Positions 25,501 to 34,537 of a stretch of 34,692 nucleotides of DNA are shown here, in pieces. Numbering within the stretch: the first letter of the stretch is position 1; each line of letters opens with the position of its first letter. The translations under genes and the position numbers were made by a program. This DNA is from Chamaesiphon sp. (GTDB lineage: Bacteria > Cyanobacteriota > Cyanobacteriia > Cyanobacteriales > Chamaesiphonaceae): assembly GCA_965246715.1 (NCBI GenBank), contig CBDFFH010000032.1:1-34692 (forward strand). Reading direction: 5' to 3'. The notes under the pieces were generated by a model. That model did not search any database and was not told the DNA's origin. It saw only the letters and a list, made by a program, of their open reading frames with translations.

Positions 25501-28248
25501 ACCAATAATTAATGTGGCATCATTAGCAGCACCTGATTTGTAATTGACGGTAAATGCTTCCGCGTCATCGATACCAGCTTTACCATCGATTACTCGCGAG
25601 GCAGCCGTCGTACCCATATTTAGAGACAAATTGCCATTAGCCAAAGCAGTTGCTAAGAAGCTGCTAATCGCAATTTTACCTTTCTCGGCACTATTACAGC
25701 CCAGTGAAAAATCTAGCAGCGTAGTTTTAGCAATATCGAATTTCTTCTTAATCCCAAATGGGCCGATCCCAATTTTGACAAAGGCATTTAAGTATGCATA
25801 AGCATTACCCTCAACTGGAGTAAAGATACAACTCGAATCGAATTCATTTAAATGTAGCTTATTAATATCGCCGTCTAAATTTTTATTTCCTACAAGCCCC
25901 ACGCCTAGATTACTGCGGATCTCGCCGCCAACTCCCGCACTTGCTAAGACCACATTGAGAGCAGCATACGCACCGATATTGGCAATGACTTCACCGCCTG
26001 ACTTCCGCCCCGCCGGACCAGTCGGATCGGGCGAATTGTCGATATAAAATCCATCAAAAATCTGACTGGCATCGCTACTGGTGCTGAATCGTTTGATGCC
26101 ATAGCTGTCATAACCTACGGCTAATTGTACTCTGGCTTTAAAGTTACCTGTAAACTGAGCACCCAATGGGCCGATAATTGGGATAAATTTATCGAAACCT
26201 TTTTCAAAAGACAGCTCTGGCAAGGTATATTTAAAAAATTCTGCATCCTTGCCCAGCAGCAGATTAAATACTTGAGTGGGATCGGTTAAAATCGGAAACT
26301 CTGGTGGCGTAGCTTTCTTGGAACCGCCGCCCCCCGATGCCGCCTTAATCAAACTCGTAAAGTCACCAGCTTTTGTCCCATTTATTTCGATCCCACCTAG
26401 CTCTGCTAGAATTGCATCGGCAGTCTTTTTGACCTCATTGGCTAGTGGGGCTTTGGAGAGATCGAAACCTCCCACGCGGACATCACTCGCTCCTCCCAAA
26501 CTAAAGCTGCCAACATTGAGCGGAATCTTGCCCGTTCCTGATAGATCGGCGATTGTTTTCGTCAGTTTGTCGATTTTAATTAACTCATCAATAAAACCGA
26601 TCGCAGCGGAGTCTGGCTGATAAAGTTTGGCTAGATCGATAAATGAAACCTTACCATCACTATTTTGATCCAAGAAGCTTTTGCCCAAGTCATCAAGCAC
26701 TGGCAGTCTGCCATCGACGACATTTATTAAGGGACGAATCGGCTCCAAAACATCATTTAATTTGCCAAATACAGGACTGGCTAGATCCTTGAAAAACGAT
26801 CCCACATCTATGGTCACATTATCGAAAGTCACTGTAGGTGCGCTACCTGCATAGACACCGCCAGTCTTACCATCGGTACCCGCCGCAAACCCCCAGGCTA
26901 ATTTGAAATCCGCACCGATCTTGGGCAATTTATCCGAGCCACCAAAACTGGCATCTAGTCCCAGATTTAAGTTGGCATTACCATTAAACTTGGCAGCAAC
27001 CGTCAGATTATCTGGATTGAAGATCGCTCCGATATTTTTGAGATCGACGCTAAAATCTCCCTGGATCAGGCTCCCTTGGTCTTTCGCATCTAGCTGTAGG
27101 AAGCCGAGCTTACCCGTGAGTGCTAGTGGCTTGTCGAGCGCATCTACCAGTTGGGTTTTGAGCTTCAAGCTCAATTCTGGAGCCGCACCATCGGTCTTGA
27201 CAAAGAAACCATTAGTTTTATCGACCCCAAATTCCAGATTCCATTCGAATGATAGATCGGGGGTAACGCCACCATTGAGTTTCAATCCTAGAGCTGGCAG
27301 TCCAATATTTTCATCAAGACTAATCCCTTTTTTGACTTCTTGTCCTAGTTTGAGCTTGAAGCTGACACTATCGGTACCTTCGATCGCATCGATATCCGCG
27401 ATGTCGATGACATTATCCCCATTACTATCCCGCAACAGATCCAACGCCCCATGCAGCACGTCTAGCAATGCCTGTCTGGCTTCTAAAACGGGAGCGTCAC
27501 CAGGAATCGCATTTAATTTGGCAACTATTTGAGTTTTAAACCCGTCGAACAGCGAATCGAGCGGATTTGCCAATCCCAACTTATCGCCTAAAATCGGCAA
27601 TCCTTTCAGGACTTCGGTGTTGATATAGCCCTTAACTTTATCCAACAGCACGGGAATATTGTCGCTCAGTTTGGCTTTGAGATTGGTGCCTGTATAAGTA
27701 CCAGCTTGCTCGATGTCGATCCTACCGAGATTGGGGAGGACGATCTGGTTCCGGTCGTCTTCTGTCCCGATCTGCTGGAGCTGAGTATCGCTAGTGGGAA
27801 TATTCCGAACGATCCGCGAAAACAGCTCGCCCTCATCGCCAAGACTATCGACGCGATTTAGCCTAGCATCGATCCGATGTCCTGCCTCTTCCAACAAAAC
27901 GCTAGCAATCACTTCGGGTCGATCGAGATTGGCAAGGAGAAAATCCTGGGAGAGATAGATGCGATCGGTTGCTGCGGCATACGCTCCCTTAGCATTACCC
28001 ATTACGGTACTGGGCAAAATCTCAATCCCCAATAGCACGCTAAAATCACCATCTTGCCAATCCAACCGATACGAGTCTACATTTACCCCAACGCCAAAAG
28101 CTGCTGACAATTGCTGCTGAAACTGTGGATTGCTAGCAAATTTTTGTAACTGCGATCGTACTAAAGTTAGCGACTGTTCTAGCGATGGTAGCAAATCGGG
28201 AGCGGTGGTGAGGGTTGAGTGGTTAGTCAGGGCAGAGGTGGTAGGCAT
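22573..28248 (-). CDS. Large RTX (hemolysin-type Ca-binding repeat) surface protein
   Basis: Many GGxGxDxLx nonapeptides in the C-terminal half; N-terminal GAYAA.TD.IYLS...LLEEAGH.ID...D..GDEGELF module; no Sec signal. Confidence 0.88.
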   Translation of the reverse strand: MPTTSALTNHSTLTTAPDLLPSLEQSLTLVRSQLQKFASNPQFQQQLSAAFGVGVNVDSYRLDWQDGDFSVLLGIEILPSTVMGNAKGAYAAATDRIYLSQDFLLANLDRPEVIASVLLEEAGHRIDARLNRVDSLGDEGELFSRIVRNIPTSDTQLQQIGTEDDRNQIVLPNLGRIDIEQAGTYTGTNLKAKLSDNIPVLLDKVKGYINTEVLKGLPILGDKLGLANPLDSLFDGFKTQIVAKLNAIPGDAPVLEARQALLDVLHGALDLLRDSNGDNVIDIADIDAIEGTDSVSFKLKLGQEVKKGISLDENIGLPALGLKLNGGVTPDLSFEWNLEFGVDKTNGFFVKTDGAAPELSLKLKTQLVDALDKPLALTGKLGFLQLDAKDQGSLIQGDFSVDLKNIGAIFNPDNLTVAAKFNGNANLNLGLDASFGGSDKLPKIGADFKLAWGFAAGTDGKTGGVYAGSAPTVTFDNVTIDVGSFFKDLASPVFGKLNDVLEPIRPLINVVDGRLPVLDDLGKSFLDQNSDGKVSFIDLAKLYQPDSAAIGFIDELIKIDKLTKTIADLSGTGKIPLNVGSFSLGGASDVRVGGFDLSKAPLANEVKKTADAILAELGGIEINGTKAGDFTSLIKAASGGGGSKKATPPEFPILTDPTQVFNLLLGKDAEFFKYTLPELSFEKGFDKFIPIIGPLGAQFTGNFKARVQLAVGYDSYGIKRFSTSSDASQIFDGFYIDNSPDPTGPAGRKSGGEVIANIGAYAALNVVLASAGVGGEIRSNLGVGLVGNKNLDGDINKLHLNEFDSSCIFTPVEGNAYAYLNAFVKIGIGPFGIKKKFDIAKTTLLDFSLGCNSAEKGKIAISSFLATALANGNLSLNMGTTAASRVIDGKAGIDDAEAFTVNYKSGAANDATLIIGYSDITKEYKNVNKIVANGGNQGDTIAIGDQVFTSAELTGGNEGADKPGDQLFGGSGNDLIKGEGGNDSLYGGAGDDQLYGGADEDFLFGGAGNNFLDGGDGNDTVDYSAAATDVFVNLGTGAAVKNGYGGVDTLINIENAVGSRFNDTLIAGDADAVLEGEAGDDTLLGSKGDDLLVGGSGKNYLDGGGGTNTVFYALAPGPIYVNLSSQSVGETFPIIAPTTASPIYLSANSAVGGYDVVDDTIKNVQNIVGSVYDDILVAGNAAPSGTYKSKNGYVYTGAYINGFLGNDLIYAGAGSDVLDGDAGINWLSYALSTAAVNVDLTPGTTQSGGHAAGDKILADKDDKGVDTNRSSFQNLEGSIYNDTLRGDRSDNIIRGSAGNDNIFGGDGNDLLIGGAGADYLSGDGYTGTLRADLDSASIASGNRGGGNIASYADSPGAVTVNLATRLGQRSDAEGDQLFGIQNLIGSDRADTFFGGNEFSSDFNPGLSKGGTDVVVGGTFATNSLTIDYSLGDYGAGAKGGFTGSRFGSITRSSSDGKTVLDAVSFLSIDRLFFTGTIQDDNITGGSNAKGDVIFTEAGNDTVTGGGGNDYLDGGDGIDTLSDNLGDKTVSIKLTGIDPNDPNAKQFDGTNFVDSSTTIKNFEVFKDITTGSGTDDRIVQPGRVNNNFSKTGYGSNYVDPGLGFDTVNGGLGTSLFGLFTGNLSTRTLHVDYSQGDTGGGMGFYVSSDKSGYGKRYISVDDEDGTVPLLDRVDFTNFDRFEVTGTSKDDYISSGDGNDDLSGGSGGYDYLIGGRGNDTLRASAGGSTLQGTDNTDRGFDTFTPVPGGFGFNTHTYDLARDQDTLYGGAGADTFVLGDAFGNTNSIINPIAPGGIYYTHSFYDGSNAGNDYANIVNFDPSKGDVIQLRNLTGYAAKYTLFNFGGEELLYLGYTDKNGQAQLDYMATITGNFGSLNLNSSAFKYVGDPAPPGPR

Positions 28249-28399
28249 AGCAAAAATTTTGTAATTGGGTAGAAATGTTCAGCGCATGGAAATCTGCCGA
28301 TCGATCGCACTCAATAGCGATAAATAGCTCATTTGTGACTAACATTTGGACTCGATCGCTGCCCGCAACGACTTGTGCTCTAGATGTAACCTTGGTATG

Positions 28400-28459
28400 A
28401 GGATACTTTTTTGCTACCAGGAAATCAATACGTCATTTGACCCACTCAATTATGAAGTT
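28400..28459 (-). promoter_or_regulatory. Island operator/promoter copy 3
   Basis: Minus strand AACTT-N10-TGGGTCAAATGACGTA-TTGATT-N17-TATCCT. Confidence 0.7.
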
Positions 28460-28524
28460 TGTTAAATTTTTTTGACAATACCTTGAAATTTTTGGCTTAA
28501 TTCAATATGCAGAAACCTAAGTTA

Positions 28525-28700
28525 ACCTCAGTTCGGGTTAAGGATTTCCCTTTTAGACCATTCTTGGACTGGTGCTTAGTCTTAAAGTTAGTGGTGCTAA
28601 GGAACCCGGATCTGGGGGAGGCTTCCCCCAGATCCGGGTTTTTGCCTCTCACAAGAACATTTGCAATTCTAATCGATCGATTCTCATCCCAAACTGACAT
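28525..28700. mobile_element. Degenerate MITE, TIR family A, with a 17-bp perfect internal hairpin (28603-28640)
   Basis: ACCTCAGTTCGGGTTAAG left end, ATCCCAAACTGACAT right end; no clear TSD. Confidence 0.6.
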
Positions 28701-28973
28701 TATTCATCAAAAAAGATCGATATTTTATCGATCGAATATTATATCGATGGACAGATGAAAATCATCACGATCGCCACTAGAATCGATTACAGAGTTCGTA
28801 AAGTTTGCGCTCTAATCGCCCGATCGACATAGGTTGCAGAGCGTCTTTCCAAACCAAATATCTTGCTGTTTAGCAGATAGCCGATTGAGTGTCTCATCGA
28901 GCGGCAACACAAGAACGGCAGTCGTACCGCACGGTAGAATAGGATTATTCTCTCCCAGCTATCATCAAGCCTA

Positions 28974-31316
28974 ATGACTAAGCACCAAGTCGGAGCAGAG
29001 CCGATCTCAGCAACTAGCGAACTCGCAAATCTGACTAACTGCGATCGCGAACCCATTCAGATTCCAGGTTGTATCCAACCACATGGAGTCCTGTTCGTTC
29101 TCAGCGAACCAGAATTAAACATCGTTCAACTTAGTACCAATACATTGCAGTGGCTGGGTCGAGCGCCAGAAGACTTTTTAAACAAACATGTAAGTATCCT
29201 GCTAGGTGCAGCAGAAATTCAGGCGATCGGGCAGTGTTTGGCCGGAGATTTTGAATATGTCAACCCCTTACGCGTCAATCTCAAAACATCAAGCGGTACG
29301 ATTTCGGCCTATTGTATTACCCAGCGGGTGGAGGGCGCGATCGTCATCGAGATCGAGCTAGGCTATGCCGAACCCACCCGCGAGGATATCACTTATTTTG
29401 ACTTCTATCGGCAAGTTAAAGCGCCGATCGCCGCACTCCAGAGCGGTGGCAGTTTTGAACAGCTATCCGAACACCTAGTCGAGAGCGTCCGCCATATTAC
29501 CGGATTCGATCGGGTGATGCTGTATCGGTTCGAGCCATCGGGCGATGGTAATGTGCTTGCCGAAGCTCGGCATCCAGAACTCGAGCCATATTTGGGCTTA
29601 CACTACCCCGCAGCGGATATTCCAGTGCAAGCGCGACGGTTATACGTGCTCAATCACCTGCGGCTAGTGCCGGATGTGACCTACGAACCGATCGAACTAT
29701 TACCCAAGCTCAATCCGCTGACGCAGGACCCCTTAGATCTGAGCTGGTCGGTATTGCGCAGTATCTCACCCCTGCATATCGAGTATTTGCAAAATATGGG
29801 CGTGCGGTCATCGATGTCGATTTCATTGGTGCGCGATGGGAACTTGTGGGGATTGATTGCTTGCCATCACCGTGAGCCAAAACTGATCCCTTATTACTTG
29901 CGGACTGTGTGCGAATTTATCGGTCAGATGGCTGCATTTGAGTTGACTGCCAAAGCTGACTTGCAAGATCGCGACTATCAGATCGAGATCGATGCGCTCA
30001 AAACGTCGTTTTTTGAGTCAATTTCGCGCCAAACTGATGTCTTGACTGCCCTGACGCAATCGCCAACCGACTTATTAAATCTTGTCGGCGCGACTGGGGT
30101 AGCGATCGCGATTCAAGATGAATTTACGGTCTTGGGCAATACCCCCAGTATCGATCGATTACGCGAGCTGCTAGTGCGGCTCGCACCGCGCCTCCAAGCC
30201 GAAGGTGTCGTTCAAACCGTCCGGCTGGTACAAGACTATCCGGAGTCCGCAGCCTATAGCGATATCGCCAGTGGGATGCTAGCGATGATGGTGTCGCGCG
30301 CTCAAGATTTCTATATCTTGTGGTTTCGGCCAGAAGTCGCTCGGGTCGTTACGTGGGGCGGCGATCCCTCCACAACCGGGTCGACTGAGGAAAATGGTGA
30401 GATTCGGCTCTCCCCACGCAAATCCTTTAGTGCTTGGCAAGAGACAGTCCGCCAGACGGCATTACCCTGGAAAACCAGTGAATCCGCAGCCGCGATCGAA
30501 TTGAAAAGTGCGATCGTCAACGTCGCTTTACGACACGCAGCGGAAGTATCCCAGTTAAATCTGGAATTGACGCGCAGCAATATCGATCTAGATTCATTTG
30601 CCTACGTCGCTTCGCACGATCTCAAGGAACCCTTGCGCGGGATTCATAACTATTCTAGCTTCCTGCTCGAAGACTATGGCGAGATTTTGGATGGCGATGG
30701 CGTATCGAAACTCGAAACGCTGATTCGCCTCACCCGCCGGATGGAACACTCGATCGACTCGTTATTGCATTATTCGCGATTGGGGCGCTCCGAACTAGCT
30801 ACTAGTCAACTCGATCTCAATCTCCTCGTTCGGGAAGTAGTCGAGTTATTTAAAATTACGGCTGCTAATGCGCTAGAGGTCACCGTGCTGCCGCTACCCA
30901 CGATTTGGGGCGATCGCCCGCAGCTGAGCGAATTGTTTACCAACTTAGTTAGCAATGCGATCGAATACAACACCAATACCCCCGTCAAAATTGAAATCGG
31001 TGTCCTCGATCCGGCAATCGCCACCCGTAAATATCGAGATCGATTGCCATCAGAGCTGCGCGATCGCGCCCACATTTTTTACGTCCGCGACAATGGCATC
31101 GGGATCGAATCGATCCACCTCGAAGATATCTTTCGGATTTTCAAACGCTTGCACGTTCGCGATGAATATGGTAGTGGGACGGGCGTGGGCCTGACGATCG
31201 CCCAAAAAATTGTCGATCGTCACGGCGGCAAAATTTGGGTCGAGTCAGTCCTCGGACAGGGAAGTACATTTTACTTTGCCCTGCCCGATCGATCCACCAC
31301 GCAGCCGCAGGCTTGA
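28974..31316 (+). CDS. Bacteriophytochrome-type sensor histidine kinase (PAS-GAF-PHY-HisKA-HATPase), CphB-like
   Basis: CDREPI..PG.IQPHG, DRVMLYRF, ADIP, SPLHIEYL, PRKSF, SHDLKEPLR, DNGIG, GTGVGL. Confidence 0.93.
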   Translation: MTKHQVGAEPISATSELANLTNCDREPIQIPGCIQPHGVLFVLSEPELNIVQLSTNTLQWLGRAPEDFLNKHVSILLGAAEIQAIGQCLAGDFEYVNPLRVNLKTSSGTISAYCITQRVEGAIVIEIELGYAEPTREDITYFDFYRQVKAPIAALQSGGSFEQLSEHLVESVRHITGFDRVMLYRFEPSGDGNVLAEARHPELEPYLGLHYPAADIPVQARRLYVLNHLRLVPDVTYEPIELLPKLNPLTQDPLDLSWSVLRSISPLHIEYLQNMGVRSSMSISLVRDGNLWGLIACHHREPKLIPYYLRTVCEFIGQMAAFELTAKADLQDRDYQIEIDALKTSFFESISRQTDVLTALTQSPTDLLNLVGATGVAIAIQDEFTVLGNTPSIDRLRELLVRLAPRLQAEGVVQTVRLVQDYPESAAYSDIASGMLAMMVSRAQDFYILWFRPEVARVVTWGGDPSTTGSTEENGEIRLSPRKSFSAWQETVRQTALPWKTSESAAAIELKSAIVNVALRHAAEVSQLNLELTRSNIDLDSFAYVASHDLKEPLRGIHNYSSFLLEDYGEILDGDGVSKLETLIRLTRRMEHSIDSLLHYSRLGRSELATSQLDLNLLVREVVELFKITAANALEVTVLPLPTIWGDRPQLSELFTNLVSNAIEYNTNTPVKIEIGVLDPAIATRKYRDRLPSELRDRAHIFYVRDNGIGIESIHLEDIFRIFKRLHVRDEYGSGTGVGLTIAQKIVDRHGGKIWVESVLGQGSTFYFALPDRSTTQPQA

Positions 31317-31422
31317 GCCATCCAGCGTCACCCTACCATCGCTCCAACTAGAATTAATGTCAAATTGCCACAATTTTGCGAATGTCCTGTGGTTACTAAT
31401 CTCTAGCCCTTAACTATATTTA

Positions 31423-31601
31423 ACCTGAATTCGGGATAAGGATCTACACTCAATGGCTTCTAGCTTTGTTCTTGCGCCACCGCCGATTGAAATCGGGGCT
31501 AACAATACGAAGTCCGCCTACGCGGACTTTGCAACACGAGCCACGATTTCACTCGTTGGCGGTGCGGGAACGGAGCAGATATCCCGATCCCGAATTCACG
31601 T
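31423..31601. mobile_element. MITE (179 bp), TIR family A
   Basis: ACCTGAATTCGGGAT ... ATCCCGAATTCACGT; TATTTA direct repeats; internal AGTCCGCCTACGCGGACT shared with 13054-13253. Confidence 0.78.
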
Positions 31602-31629
31602 TATTTAAATAAACTACCGCTCGTCGCTC

Positions 31630-32154
31630 ATGAATTCCTCCACCACAGCAGCTCGATCCTCACAACTTTCCACTCAGCCAGTACCGCCGCTGGTGCTAGT
31701 CATTGAGGATAGTGACGAAGATTATGAAGCACTCAGGCGAGCGTTCGATCGCTCGCCGATCCTGACGCGACTGCATCGCTGTCATACTGGTCAGCAAGCA
31801 TTAGACTATCTTACTGTCTCCGTGCAGTCGTCGTCTGCCAGGGCAACAACTATCCCCGCCTTCATCCTGCTCGATTTAAATCTGCCAGGGATCGACGGAC
31901 GGCAAGTATTGAAGACGATCAAACAAGACCCAGTGTGGCAATACATCCCGACGATCGTCCTAACGACATCTAATTACGGCAAAGATATCGAAGAATGTTA
32001 TCGGTTGGGAGCCAATAGTTACCTGCTCAAAGCTCTCGATTTACAACAGTTTAAAAAATCGATTCACACCACGATCGAGTTCTGGCTCGATATTGCCAAA
32101 TTACCCAAAATTGCTGATGTCATTCGCATGCAATCGCAAAACTCGATCGATTAA
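31630..32154 (+). CDS. Single-domain response regulator, phytochrome-associated Rcp type
   Basis: IEDS.ED, LLDLNLPGIDG, LTTS, Y.LGANSY..K, FW. Confidence 0.92.
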   Translation: MNSSTTAARSSQLSTQPVPPLVLVIEDSDEDYEALRRAFDRSPILTRLHRCHTGQQALDYLTVSVQSSSARATTIPAFILLDLNLPGIDGRQVLKTIKQDPVWQYIPTIVLTTSNYGKDIEECYRLGANSYLLKALDLQQFKKSIHTTIEFWLDIAKLPKIADVIRMQSQNSID

Positions 32155-32892
32155 CTCACTGGTGGCGATCTGTTTATCCGTTATTGAGGTGACTGAGTGC
32201 GGCAGTTTCTCACCTAGAACAGCAGGATGCCCCCACCACAACGGTACTCCGCTCAGTGGCGGGTAATTGAGTGCGGTTCGTTTCTATGAAACATAGGTAT
32301 TACCTATGGGAATTAGAGTTCTTACACCGCCTTGGTTGACATTAAAAAACCTCAAAGAAAGTAAGAATAACTTTAATCTAGTGTGAGTGAGTCGAACTTA
32401 AATTTGACAAGTCTCACCCGTTGGGAATGACGTGAAGCCAAAATTGCCCACATGGACAAAGAATAAAACTTTGAAAATGAAGCTGGGAGCAAAACGAGGA
32501 CAACAAACCTGAGATGGGGGTAACTCGTACAGGCAGGTAGTCATGGTTAAACATCAGTTGAATTCTCGGAAAAAGCGTCCAACCCGCATCACCCAAAATC
32601 AAGGGCGATAACGACACATATACCCGCATCGTTTTTCAATTAATAGATGCAATTCTGGGTAGTCGTGGGCGAAGTGAGAAAACCTAAAACTACAAACCAA
32701 CTAGATTAAGGAACGAATAAAACGGCTCTTTCAACCTCCAGTCACAAAGAGAAATCACTGAAGCTGTGGACTCCTTAAATAAGAGTTAGCGGGTAGAGTT
32801 GGTAAGATGTACTCGAAAATCCAACAGGTAAGGACTGTTAGACAACTGGGTACGGTTTGCATAATCAATGTTCAAAATGCGTAGAGAATGTT

Positions 32893-34470
32893 ATGACAAC
32901 GGAGTTAAATCCAGTTGATAAATGGAAATCGCTACCGTGGCGCAAGTTGCGGAAGATTGTATTTCGCCTACAAGTGAGAATATTTAAGGCTCAAAAGAAC
33001 GGTAACGCGCTCCTAGTGCGTAAGCTTCAGAAACTTCTATTAAGCTCTAGAGCAGCAAAATTACTAGCCATTCGGCAGGTGACGCAGCTAAATACTGGAC
33101 GGAAAACCGCTGGGGTGGACGGAAAGAAAGCCCTTGAACCCTCCCAAAGATTAACACTGTATGAAGTGTTAGTTAAGAACTGGAAGCAATGGAAGCACCA
33201 GCCATTAAAGCGAGTGTACATCCCCAAAGCAGACGGAACAAAAAGAGGATTAGGAATACCAACCATTAGCGATAGAGCATATCAATGTCTAATTAAATAT
33301 GCCTTGGAACCAGCAGCAGAAGCTACATTCAACGCCCGTTCATATGGGTTTAGACCAGGCAGAAGTTGTCACGATGTCCAAAGACTACTATTCAGTAACT
33401 TAAACGGTGGTCAAGCCAACGGTCTAAGTAAAAGAATTTTAGAGCTAGACATCGAAAAATGTTTCGATAAGATCGACCACAAATTCTTAATGCGATCTGT
33501 CCAATTACCAAAGGCAGCAAAACAGGGGATTTATCGGGCAATTAAAGCCGGAGTTAGAGGGGAATTTCCCTCTTCAGATTCTGGCACACCTCAAGGCGGC
33601 GTAATTAGTCCGTTACTGGCAAATATAGTCCTACATGGATTAGAAAATGTCGGTCATGAATTAAGATACAAAGTCAGAAGTGGGGGCAAACAAATAGATA
33701 CTATCAAAGGATTCCGATATGCGGACGATGTAGTTTTCTTATTAAAACCCGAAGATAACCCAGAAGTCCTCAGACAACACATTGATACCTTTCTGGAAAC
33801 AAGAGGATTAAAAGTTAAAGAAGCCAAAACCAAGATGGTACATAGTACAGACGGTTTCGACTTCCTTGGGTGGCACTTTAGAGTTAAACCTAATGGTAAA
33901 TTCATTTCAACACCAAGTCAAAAAGCTACCTTTAGCATCAAGACGAAAGTTAAAGAAGTGATGAAAGACAGTCGTTTTACCCTCGAACAACGAATCGACA
34001 AGTGCGGTGCAATAGTTCGAGGGTGGAGAAACTATCATCGGTTCTGCGATATGAGTCAACACAACCTGTGGGCTTTAAACCACTGGACGTGGAAATTCAT
34101 CCGAAAACAGGGAAGATACGACCGTACCCAAACCAATCAGGTAATATCAAGAGCATTTCCCTCAGTTAAATGGTCTATTTGTAGATTCAACAACGTTATT
34201 GGAGATAAATCTCCATACGATGGGGACTTTATATACTGGTCAAAGCGAGAAAATGTTAACTACGAAGGGGTAACGGCACGACTTCTCAAGAAGCAGAATC
34301 ATAAATGTACAGAATGTAACCTATCGTTCATTTCTGGGGACATCGCAGAGCTTCACCACATTGACGGCAACCATTCAAATTGGAAACCTAATAATTTGGA
34401 AGTACTGCACAGAGAATGTCACCAGCATCAAACCATTCATGGTCGGATGAGAGTCCGAACAGCGGGGTAG
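32893..34470 (+). CDS. Group II intron reverse transcriptase/maturase with HNH endonuclease (ORF open from 32857)
   Basis: TAGVDG, RGLGIPTISDR, SYGFRPGRS, GTPQGGVISPLLANI, YADD, FDFLG, GWRNY, CTEC..HHIDGN..N...N...H..CH. Confidence 0.95.
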   Translation: MTTELNPVDKWKSLPWRKLRKIVFRLQVRIFKAQKNGNALLVRKLQKLLLSSRAAKLLAIRQVTQLNTGRKTAGVDGKKALEPSQRLTLYEVLVKNWKQWKHQPLKRVYIPKADGTKRGLGIPTISDRAYQCLIKYALEPAAEATFNARSYGFRPGRSCHDVQRLLFSNLNGGQANGLSKRILELDIEKCFDKIDHKFLMRSVQLPKAAKQGIYRAIKAGVRGEFPSSDSGTPQGGVISPLLANIVLHGLENVGHELRYKVRSGGKQIDTIKGFRYADDVVFLLKPEDNPEVLRQHIDTFLETRGLKVKEAKTKMVHSTDGFDFLGWHFRVKPNGKFISTPSQKATFSIKTKVKEVMKDSRFTLEQRIDKCGAIVRGWRNYHRFCDMSQHNLWALNHWTWKFIRKQGRYDRTQTNQVISRAFPSVKWSICRFNNVIGDKSPYDGDFIYWSKRENVNYEGVTARLLKKQNHKCTECNLSFISGDIAELHHIDGNHSNWKPNNLEVLHRECHQHQTIHGRMRVRTAG

Positions 34471-34497
34471 ACCCGACTTAGTAGGTGTTAAAACTAG

Positions 34498-34531
34498 GAG
34501 CCGTGTGCGGTTAACGTCGCACGCACGGTTC
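34498..34531 (+). ncRNA. Group II intron domain V
   Basis: GAGCCGTG-TGCGGT-TAAC-GTCGCA-CG-CACGGTTC, 34 nt with AGC triad and 2-nt bulge. Confidence 0.93.
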
Positions 34532-34537
34532 TGAACG

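Larger units (their letters stand above)
32271..34537 (+). mobile_element. Group II intron 1 (IIB-like), domains I-V; DVI not present in the window
   Basis: 5' GTGCGG; EBS1 TCAATT (32636-32641) pairs exon AATTGA; candidate EBS2 ACCCGC (32582-32587) pairs GCGGGT; DV at 34498-34531. Confidence 0.9.

Noticed and set aside
26903..27532. 209-aa plus-strand ORF and other short ORFs inside the RTX gene
   Set aside because: Antisense or out-of-frame shadows
28497..28758. Overlapping ORFs on both strands sharing NPDLGEASPRSGF
   Set aside because: Artefact of the perfect DNA palindrome inside a MITE
32197..32270. GTGCGG at 32197 as an alternative or third intron 5' end
   Set aside because: No domain I similarity follows, and the EBS pairings fit 32271
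32857..34470. RT as a retron, DGR or CRISPR-associated RT
   Set aside because: Maturase and HNH domains plus flanking DI and DV identify a group II intron; no CRISPR array or template/variable repeat pair was seen in the window
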